Origin: Cognaticolwellia sp.
GTDB taxonomy: Bacteria; Myxococcota_A; UBA796; CAJQPC01
Length of the DNA stretch: 48,432 nucleotides
NCBI GenBank assembly: GCA_047621545.1
Contig: JBLHMA010000002.1
Location: 1-48,432, forward strand
Direction of reading: 5' to 3'
In this document: positions 41,659 to 48,432 of the stretch, in pieces
How positions within the stretch are numbered: position 1 is the stretch's first letter
How the letters are laid out: each line of letters starts with the position of its first letter
Made by a program: the position numbers and the translations under genes
Notes under the pieces: generated by a model
Database searches by the model: none
Told to the model about the DNA's origin: nothing
The model's input: the letters and a program-made list of their open reading frames with translations, nothing else

Positions 41659-43056
41659 TCAGTTGGTGCCTTCGCAGTTGACGGTGAGTCGGACGGTGTC
41701 GTCGTCCGACTCGCTGCAGTCTGCAACCTCGAGATTAATGTCGAAGTTCCAAGCCGTAGCGGTCCCGTAAGTCGCGGCAGTTCCAGGAACGTAGATGTCG
41801 GTCTTAAAGCCGTACTCAGCCTGAACGATGACGGAGTAGTCATCCGATGACCAAGTGTAGCCAATGTCATCACCGTCCGGATCGTAAGAGCCGGAACCGT
41901 CCACCTCGAACTCGGCGGCCTCGCAGTCGTCACAGGTCCATACGTAGGAGCTGGTCGTGCAGGTCGCTTCCAGATCGACGGAGGAGTCTTCGCCTGCGTT
42001 GGAGACCGGAGGCGTGTTGCCCGTGGTCAGGTCCACAAAGGTCAGCGTCACAATATCGGGAGCCGACCAGGCGACACCGTCAAAGACTTGGAGTTGGAAG
42101 GTGTAGTCACCCGCCACATCCCAAGCGAAGTCGGGGTCTGCCACTGCAGTGTCGGAGAGATCCGACTCGGTTGCCAGCGACTCGGTGGGCACCGAGAGCA
42201 GGTTCCATTGGTAGGTCAGGGTCTCGCCTTCGGGGTCGTAAGAACCGAAGCCATCCAGAGTAACGACCGAGTCCGTGCATGGCTCCATCGTGCGGGAGTC
42301 ACCAGCATCCGCCACCGGAGGCTGGTCGCCGTCGGTGCAGGTCACTGTGGCGCTGTCGACAGCGGACCACTGAACACCGTCGCTCACAACCAGCTCCACC
42401 AAGTAAGTACCTGCGCAGTCGCAGATCATGGAGGGGTTGGACGTGTTGGCGTTGTACAGGTCATCGCTCTCAAGGGCCGAGCAATCCGGCGCCGAAGAGA
42501 TGGCCCAAGAGAAGTCGAGCTCAGCCCCCTCGGGGTCGAGGCTCGCGCTTCCGTCCAGCTCAACGCGGGTTTCAACTGCACCCGTCTGATCAGCGCCGGC
42601 GTCCGCGACGGGCAAGCCGTCGGAGGAACTCACCGTGATAATCACCAGGTCCTGCTGCGCAGACACCCCTGTGATCTCATCTTCGACGGAGAGGTTCACC
42701 ACGTAGGTACCTACAACGTCAGGCTGGAAGCTGGCAGCAACCGCCGTGGGGCTGTTGTTGTCGGAGAGAGCTCCGTCATCAACCGCGGAACCGATGGGAA
42801 CCGCTTGGAAAGACCAGGTGAACACGATCTCCAAGTCCTGGTTGCAATCCAAGGTCGGGTCATCCGCATCCATAAAGGAAGAGGCTGCGCCGTCGAGGTT
42901 CACGAGGTCTTGGAGGAGCGCGTCCTGGTCCACCCCTGCATCAGCAGCGGGGGGGCAGTAGGCAGGCCCAGTGTCTTCCTCCTTATCCGAACAAGCGGAC
43001 AAGAATGTGAGGGAGCCAAGGGCAAAGATGATGGCGATCCGGCTGGTCTTGAGCAT
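41659..43056 (-). CDS. PKD-like repeat lipoprotein, paralog of 40241..41656
   Basis: The internal ATG (cat at 43054-43056) gives the lipoprotein signal MLKTSRIAIIFALGSLTFLSAC. The repeat architecture matches its paralog. Insert ATCTTSSYVWTCDDCE. The stop lies 2 nt before the next gene's start. Confidence 0.85.
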   Translation of the reverse strand: MLKTSRIAIIFALGSLTFLSACSDKEEDTGPAYCPPAADAGVDQDALLQDLVNLDGAASSFMDADDPTLDCNQDLEIVFTWSFQAVPIGSAVDDGALSDNNSPTAVAASFQPDVVGTYVVNLSVEDEITGVSAQQDLVIITVSSSDGLPVADAGADQTGAVETRVELDGSASLDPEGAELDFSWAISSAPDCSALESDDLYNANTSNPSMICDCAGTYLVELVVSDGVQWSAVDSATVTCTDGDQPPVADAGDSRTMEPCTDSVVTLDGFGSYDPEGETLTYQWNLLSVPTESLATESDLSDTAVADPDFAWDVAGDYTFQLQVFDGVAWSAPDIVTLTFVDLTTGNTPPVSNAGEDSSVDLEATCTTSSYVWTCDDCEAAEFEVDGSGSYDPDGDDIGYTWSSDDYSVIVQAEYGFKTDIYVPGTAATYGTATAWNFDINLEVADCSESDDDTVRLTVNCEGTN

Positions 43057-43183
43057 CGGACTGTTGCTCCGCGGAGAGGGGTCCATGGGAAAAACCCACG
43101 ACGTGCAGGCAACACCTGCTAATTCGGGCTTCGGTGGCAAGATACCCACCATGTGAGTTGCCCGTCAACTCCCCAGGTGACAC

Positions 43184-43939
43184 GTGCTCGCTTTTTTTCT
43201 CGCAACGCAGATTACATCTCCGTCCTACGCACCGCCCGCGCCGGTCTGGCATCGCTCCGGCCGACTCGTCTCGAGCCCCGTCTCCGCCCAGTTCAGCGGT
43301 GCAATCGTTCTAGGCGAGGTCCCCCCCTACGCCTTGGCCCAGCGCAACCTCGCGGCCTCTCAGCTGTCTCTGGCTTGGCGGCCTGCGCCATCCGTGCAAA
43401 TTGCGGCTCGCTGGGGGGTCTACGGAGCATGGTGGCCCGATGGCACGCAGGTGATCGGGCCGGGTGATCTTCATTTTTCTACCCAGGCGCGGCTAGTCAA
43501 GTCCGAGGGGCGGGCCCCCGATCTCTGGCTGGCTTGGGAGCTAAAGCTTCCGAACGCCGAACAGCCGCTTGGAACCAACGAGACCGACACCCAAGTCCTT
43601 CTTTGGGCCAGGGAGAGCCAAGGCCCGTGGGCCGCCGAACTGGGTTCGGGAATCTGGATTGCCGGCCACCCCGATCAACTCGCCGCACAAGACGATGCGC
43701 TTCTGGTCTTGGCCCGCGTCAGCCGAGCTACCGGGCCAGGATTTGCTCTTCTGAACTCTGATCTGCGGCTGCGGTCTGCCAGAAACCCAACAGCCGCCCA
43801 GATGGGTGTTGGCTGGGAACAGCCCCTTGGAGAGCGCGTGCATCTGGGGGCCAGCGTGGACCTTGGGTTGAGCGCTGCGGCGCCTGATCAAGCATTCCGC
43901 CTCTGGGTTGCCCTTGTCCCCGACTCACCGGGGGCTTAG
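43184..43939 (+). CDS. Secreted beta-rich hypothetical protein (251 aa), possible OM beta-barrel
   Basis: GTG start, N-terminus MLAFFLATQITSPSYA, alternating strand pattern with aromatic girdle residues (LWLAWELKL, IWIAGH, FRLWVAL). Confidence 0.6.
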   Translation: MLAFFLATQITSPSYAPPAPVWHRSGRLVSSPVSAQFSGAIVLGEVPPYALAQRNLAASQLSLAWRPAPSVQIAARWGVYGAWWPDGTQVIGPGDLHFSTQARLVKSEGRAPDLWLAWELKLPNAEQPLGTNETDTQVLLWARESQGPWAAELGSGIWIAGHPDQLAAQDDALLVLARVSRATGPGFALLNSDLRLRSARNPTAAQMGVGWEQPLGERVHLGASVDLGLSAAAPDQAFRLWVALVPDSPGA

Positions 43940-43967
43940 ATGCCCACCCCGACGAAGAGGAGCTTCC

Positions 43968-44693
43968 ATGGGCCTGCTGGACTGGTTTAAGGGTGGATCT
44001 GGCGAGAGCAAGATCAAGAAGTACGGCAAGAAGCTCCGGAACAAGGACACGCCCGTCGAGGAGCGCGAGTCCATCGCCCACGATCTGGCCGAAGATGGCT
44101 CTGAAGAGGCCATTTTGGCTCTTCTCGGTCGCTTCGAGATGACCTACGAGCACGGCATGAAGGACGCCTCCGAGAAGGAGCGCGTGACGAACCTGATGCT
44201 CGGCTTGGGCCAAAACGCCGTAGAGCCCTTGGAGATTTTCCTTAGGGCCAGCAACGCTTTCTCTCGGCCCTTGAGCATCTACGAGCGCCTGACCAACCCT
44301 GAGCAGGCTCAGACTTTGGTGCTTGAGCTGGTCGAAGCCGAGTACAAGAAGAGCGGGCTTAAGCCCAAAAAGAAGCGCGACCTGTTGGTCAAGCTGGCCG
44401 ACTTTAAGGGGCCTAAAGTGGTGACGAGCGCGCTGCGCTTCGTGGACGACTTTGACGAGGGTTGCCGGGCCTCGGCTGTGGAAGTTTTGATTGCCCAGCA
44501 AGAGACGGAAGCGATTCGCGAGACCCTGCTCCTGCGCTTGAGCGGAGACGACGAGGACTCCTCCCGCATCTGCTTCCGCATCGCAGAGATCGCGGCGGCA
44601 CGAAGCTGGCCACTCGGAGAGCACGCTGCGACGATTGGTGCCAATCCCCCGATGAACTTCGTGGTCAACGGCGACCGCTTGATGGCCGGCTGA
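43968..44693 (+). CDS. Hypothetical all-alpha protein (241 aa), HEAT/ARM-like repeats possible
   Basis: ATG at 43968 preceded by GAAGAGGAG. Helical, charged sequence with repeated L..L....D..VR..A...L-like units. Confidence 0.7.
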   Translation: MGLLDWFKGGSGESKIKKYGKKLRNKDTPVEERESIAHDLAEDGSEEAILALLGRFEMTYEHGMKDASEKERVTNLMLGLGQNAVEPLEIFLRASNAFSRPLSIYERLTNPEQAQTLVLELVEAEYKKSGLKPKKKRDLLVKLADFKGPKVVTSALRFVDDFDEGCRASAVEVLIAQQETEAIRETLLLRLSGDDEDSSRICFRIAEIAAARSWPLGEHAATIGANPPMNFVVNGDRLMAG

Positions 44694-44740
44694 TTTCGGC
44701 GGGCTTTGCCCCCGGGCGTCCCAGGGGTATCCTAAGCTCA

Positions 44741-46150
44741 ATGAAGGTCCTACTCGTCCGCCCCCCGCGTCGTGACTCCCGCGATGCAGGCTTGCCCGTG
44801 CCCCCCCTGGGGTTGGCCTACTTGGCCGGGGTCAGCGCACGCGCGAACCGACAGGTAGAGGTCTTGGACGCCTACGCCTTAGGATGGTCCTGGACTCGCT
44901 TCGAGCAAGAGCTCGCCCAGCGCCGCCCAGATGTGCTGGGTTTGGGCACCATGACCCCCGTGGCAGACGTGGCCTACCGCGCGGCAAAGATCGCCAAGCG
45001 CTACGCCGGACACATCATCCTGGGCGGCCCCCACCCAACAGCGGTCGGCGCAAAGGTCTTCCAGGACTGTCCGGAGGTAGACCACCTGGCCATCGGCGAG
45101 GCCGAGGAGACTTGGCTCCCCTACTTGGACTGGGTGGCCCAAGGGGCAACAGGCGCCCCGCCAGCAGGCATTCGCGCCAGAGACCAAGCATTCAGCGACC
45201 ACCTACCCACCCAAGATATCGAGACCATCCCCTGGCCCGCCCGGCACCTGTTGCCACAGACCGCCTACCGCTACCTGATGGCCACCCGACCGGGCTTTGC
45301 CACGATGGTCACCAGCCGCGGCTGCCCGTTCTCTTGCTCCTTTTGCGACAAGAGCGTGAGCGGTTCCAAGTGGCGGGCACGGGGCGCGGTCTCCGTGGTC
45401 GACGAGCTCCAAGCGCTACAGCAAATGGGCGTGGGATTCGTCAACTTCTATGACGACAACTTCACCCTCCACCGCAAGCGGGTCGTGGACATCTGCGAGG
45501 AGATCCTGCGCCGCGGGCTGGACATCGAGTGGAAGTGCGAGGGCCGAGTGGACGGCGTGGACAGCGAGATGCTGGTGCTCATGCGCCGGGCAGGCTGCCG
45601 GGTGGTCGCCTTTGGGGTGGAGTCCGGAAACCCCGAGACGCTGGCCTTGCTGCGCAAGGACGTGAAAGTCGAACAGGTGGAGCAGGCCTTCGCCGCGTGC
45701 CGCGCTGCGGGCGTGCGGAGCTTGGCCTACATCATCCTGGGTGCCCCTGGAGAGAGCGCCGAACAGGTCAGCCACACTCTGCGCTTCGTGCAAGACATTG
45801 GCGCAGACTACGTGCAGTTCAGCTCCCTGGTCGCCTTGCCCGGTACCCCACTGTTCGCCGAATACGGCCATAGAGCCCCAGCGGACGTTCAAAACCCGGT
45901 GGACGCCGACCAGAACAGGCACACAGTCACCGACCTGCCCCCAGATCAACTGGCCAAGCTGATGCGTCAGGCGTGGTGCGGATTTTATCTGCGTCCAAAG
46001 CCTATTCTGCGCTTGGGTGCCGACGCCTACCACAGCGGTGCGTGGCGAGAGGCGCTGCGTTTGGGCGGTGCCATGGCCCGCTGGTCACTGCCGTGGGAGC
46101 GCCCTGCCGGCTCACCGTATCAGCCCTCTCGTGCCCAAGGCGGTCTGTAG
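44741..46150 (+). CDS. B12-binding-domain radical SAM protein (class B)
   Basis: N-terminal cobalamin-binding-type region (KVLLVRPP...LGLAYLAG...DVLGLGTMTP...IILGGPHPT) and the radical SAM cluster motif SRGCPFSCSFC (CX3CX2C). Confidence 0.88.
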   Translation: MKVLLVRPPRRDSRDAGLPVPPLGLAYLAGVSARANRQVEVLDAYALGWSWTRFEQELAQRRPDVLGLGTMTPVADVAYRAAKIAKRYAGHIILGGPHPTAVGAKVFQDCPEVDHLAIGEAEETWLPYLDWVAQGATGAPPAGIRARDQAFSDHLPTQDIETIPWPARHLLPQTAYRYLMATRPGFATMVTSRGCPFSCSFCDKSVSGSKWRARGAVSVVDELQALQQMGVGFVNFYDDNFTLHRKRVVDICEEILRRGLDIEWKCEGRVDGVDSEMLVLMRRAGCRVVAFGVESGNPETLALLRKDVKVEQVEQAFAACRAAGVRSLAYIILGAPGESAEQVSHTLRFVQDIGADYVQFSSLVALPGTPLFAEYGHRAPADVQNPVDADQNRHTVTDLPPDQLAKLMRQAWCGFYLRPKPILRLGADAYHSGAWREALRLGGAMARWSLPWERPAGSPYQPSRAQGGL

Positions 46151-47620
46151 GTGGCAGTCGCTGTGGTGTGGCTGAAGCGGGACCTACGCCTGCATGACCA
46201 CGCCCCCCTGTGCCAAGCGGTCGCAACAGGGCATCCGGTGCTCGTGCTCTACGTCTTCGAGCCGGGACTGTGGGCACTGCCGGAGTACGCTCGGTGCCAG
46301 TTTGACTTTGTTTGCGGGAGCCTGGCCGAGTTGGACGCGGGCCTCAGAGAGTGCGGCGCACGCCTGATACAACGCAGCGGGAGGATCCTCGACATCCTCC
46401 AGGACCTGCACCAAATCTTGGGAATCGCGTCTCTTCACAGCCATCAGGAGACCGGCGTGGGGTGGACCTTTGGACGGGATCGGGCGGTCGCGCGCTTCTG
46501 TCAGTCCCAGCAGGTCCCCTGGCACGAGTCCATGCAAGACGGCGTGTTCCGGGCTCAGCGCACCCGAGAGGGCTGGAGAAGACGACGGGAGGCCTGGCTG
46601 CGCACCCCCCAGTTGCAGGCGCCTGAGCAGATCCAGGGGGTGGAGCTTCGGAGCGATCCCACCCCGAGCGCATCGTCTCTGGGCTTGGGCCCATCCCTCC
46701 CCATCCAGCCTGCTGGATCAACCGCAGCCGAGGCCACCTTAGAGTCCTTCCGGCGAGAGCGTGCTCTGGGCTACCGCAGCAACATCTCCAGCCCTGCCGC
46801 CGGGTGGGATGGTTGCTCCCGCCTGAGTCCCCACCTAGCCTTTGGCACCGTCAGCCTGCGCCGGGCCACCCACCAAACGCTCCGGCGCCTCAACGCCGTG
46901 CGCTTGCGCGGGGAAGCGGACTGGGCCCACGATCTGGACGCCTTTCTCTCGCGCTTGGCTTGGCGCGACCACTTCATGCAGCGCCTGGAATCCCAGCCCG
47001 ACATGGAGTTCCAGTCCCTACACCACACGATGCGTGGCCTGCGAGGACCGGTAGACCCCGGCAAGCTCCAGGCCTGGAGGAGCGGGCGCACCGGCTACCC
47101 GATGGTCGACGCCTGCATGCGCAGTCTGGTGGCCACCAAGTGGCTCAACTTCCGCATGCGGGCCATGGTGGTCAGCTTTGCGGCCTACGACCTGTGGCAG
47201 CCCTGGCGCAGCTTCGCCCCCTGGCTGGGCGCCCAGTTCTTGGATTTCGAGCCCGGTATTCACTACAGCCAGGTGCAGATGCAGTCCGGCTCCACCGGAA
47301 TCAACGCCCTGCGCATCTACGACGTGGTCAAACAAGCCAAAGAGCAGGACCCAGCCGGAGACTTTGTGCGCCGGTGGATACCGGAGCTGGCACAGCTCCC
47401 CGCACCCGCGATCTTCACGCCCTGGACCCTCTCAGCTCTGGAGCGCGAAGCCCTGGGCTGCACTGACTATCCCCGCCCAATCGTCGATCACCGCGTGGCC
47501 AGACAGCGCGCCCATCGCCAGATCGAAGCCCTGAGACGGGACCCAAAAGCCAAGGCACAGGCCCAGGCGGTACATCAACAACATGGCTCCCGGCTGGGGC
47601 CGATGTCCGAGCGGCGTTGA
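46151..47620 (+). CDS. Cryptochrome/photolyase-family (CPF) flavoprotein
   Basis: The GTG start immediately follows the radical SAM stop. N-terminus VVWLKRDLRLHDHAPL, then SRLSPHLAFGTVSLR, TGYPMVDACMRSL, RMRAMVVSF and RIYDVVKQAKEQDPAGDFVRRWIPEL. Confidence 0.85.
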   Translation: MAVAVVWLKRDLRLHDHAPLCQAVATGHPVLVLYVFEPGLWALPEYARCQFDFVCGSLAELDAGLRECGARLIQRSGRILDILQDLHQILGIASLHSHQETGVGWTFGRDRAVARFCQSQQVPWHESMQDGVFRAQRTREGWRRRREAWLRTPQLQAPEQIQGVELRSDPTPSASSLGLGPSLPIQPAGSTAAEATLESFRRERALGYRSNISSPAAGWDGCSRLSPHLAFGTVSLRRATHQTLRRLNAVRLRGEADWAHDLDAFLSRLAWRDHFMQRLESQPDMEFQSLHHTMRGLRGPVDPGKLQAWRSGRTGYPMVDACMRSLVATKWLNFRMRAMVVSFAAYDLWQPWRSFAPWLGAQFLDFEPGIHYSQVQMQSGSTGINALRIYDVVKQAKEQDPAGDFVRRWIPELAQLPAPAIFTPWTLSALEREALGCTDYPRPIVDHRVARQRAHRQIEALRRDPKAKAQAQAVHQQHGSRLGPMSERR

Positions 47621-47632
47621 CCGCATGGGCGA

Positions 47633-48432
47633 CTACCAAGTCAGCCGCGTCAACCGCTCCCGAATCTCCGCAGACCAGCTCTCACTGGGGCAGATCTCCA
47701 GGTAGGCTTGGTAGTGCATCACCGCCAAGGGCTTGTCCTGCAAGCGATCCTGGTAGAGCTCGCCCAGGAGCCGGTGGGCGGTGCAGTCGCGGGGACACTT
47801 GGACAGAGTGGTGTTCAGCTCGACCGCGGCCAGCTGGTACCGGCCCTGCTCGCCGTAGAGCTTGCCTAGGTTGTTGTGGGCCGGGCAGTAGCTGGTGTCC
47901 TGGATCAAGGCCTTCTTCCAGGCATCCTCGGCTGCATCCCAGCCCCCCAGCTCGATCTCCAACAGGCCCAGGTTGTTCCAAGCCTGGGAGTAGGTGGGAT
48001 CCAGCTTTACAGCGCGCTTGTAGGCCTTGCGGGCACCTTGCGGGTCCTTGGCTAAGCGGCGGGCATCTCCCAGTGCATACCAGGCCTGGGCGGAGCCAGG
48101 GTTCTTGTGGACGGCGTCCTGCCACAAGCTGACCTCGGTCGACCAGACCCGGTTTCGCAGGTGGGTGGCGCCCATCAGGACCAAGCACAGGCCGAGTATT
48201 GCCCAGCGCCCAGCTTGCTTCTCCCAAGACCCGACCGCCCATGCCAGTCCCAAGGCCGGTCCCATCAGCGCCAGGTAACTGCGGTGCTCCGCGAAGGTCT
48301 CCTTGAGGGCCACGACGCTTGAGCTGGGCGCGAGACAGAGAGCCCACCAGAGCAGCCCAAAGAGAAGGACGGGGTGCTTCTTTACCTGGGTCAACGCCCC
48401 GATTGTCAAGGCCACCCAGCCCAAACAGGCGG
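47633..48432 (-). CDS. Partial CDS (C-terminal part; N-terminus beyond the right edge): membrane protein with a C-terminal TPR domain, TMTC/PMT-like
   Basis: The reading frame is open to the window edge; the track's start is only a TTG. TM helices are followed by KETFAEHRSYLALMG and at least 4 TPR units (AQAWYALGD..., SQAWNNLGL..., CPAHNNLGKLY...). Confidence 0.8.
   Translation of the reverse strand, partial: ACLGWVALTIGALTQVKKHPVLLFGLLWWALCLAPSSSVVALKETFAEHRSYLALMGPALGLAWAVGSWEKQAGRWAILGLCLVLMGATHLRNRVWSTEVSLWQDAVHKNPGSAQAWYALGDARRLAKDPQGARKAYKRAVKLDPTYSQAWNNLGLLEIELGGWDAAEDAWKKALIQDTSYCPAHNNLGKLYGEQGRYQLAAVELNTTLSKCPRDCTAHRLLGELYQDRLQDKPLAVMHYQAYLEICPSESWSAEIRERLTRLTW

Noticed and set aside
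1-48432. Mobile elements, prophage, tRNA/rRNA genes or defence-island hallmarks (nucleases, helicases, methyltransferases, toxin-antitoxin pairs).
   Set aside because: No ORF shows transposase, integrase, capsid, Cas or restriction motifs. I found no tRNA-like T-arm sequences by eye and no flanking direct or inverted repeats suggesting insertion.

Overview
High-GC (about 62-64% by eye), densely coding bacterial chromosomal segment. I call about 47 protein-coding genes, one decayed gene remnant, three tandem-repeat loci and one terminator-like hairpin. I found no rRNA, tRNA, CRISPR array, transposase or integrase. Lipoprotein signals (lipoboxes), small OMP-like secreted proteins, cytochrome c4 and a DUF1800/DUF1501 pair indicate a Gram-negative organism. 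The taxon cannot be assigned from sequence alone; a Myxococcota/Bradymonadia-like lineage is only a guess. Confidently recognised housekeeping genes are sucA, sucB, mgsA and cyaY. Other confident calls are homocysteine S-methyltransferase, an acyl-CoA thioesterase, a GAF histidine kinase, diheme cytochrome c4, an SGNH hydrolase, a UDG-superfamily protein and TerB. Also confident are a TetR regulator, a PaaZ-N-terminal-type aldehyde dehydrogenase, a TlpA-like thioredoxin, a B12-binding radical SAM enzyme and a cryptochrome/photolyase-family protein. The rest is lineage-specific envelope biology: FG-GAP and PKD-repeat lipoproteins and polytopic GT-C-like membrane proteins. Five loci are the best candidates for undescribed systems. 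(1) 1..4056 is a translationally coupled operon: a 113-aa protein, a 738-aa Cys-rich HExxH protein with an N-terminal CGC-repeat tract and no signal peptide, then a run of small secreted paralogs. (2) 10635..13806 holds three coupled secreted proteins sharing a Cys-containing C-terminal two-helix membrane module. They include an active trypsin-like protease and a paralog with all three catalytic residues replaced. (3) 35342..43056 is a five-gene operon of two PKD lipoproteins, an unknown protein and two GT-C-like membrane proteins. (4) 17835..17983 is a perfectly phased 16-bp tandem array directly upstream of the GAF kinase. (5) 44741..47620 couples a B12-radical SAM gene to a photolyase-family gene with zero spacing. 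All functional calls rest on motifs I recognise by eye. No database search or structure prediction was run.
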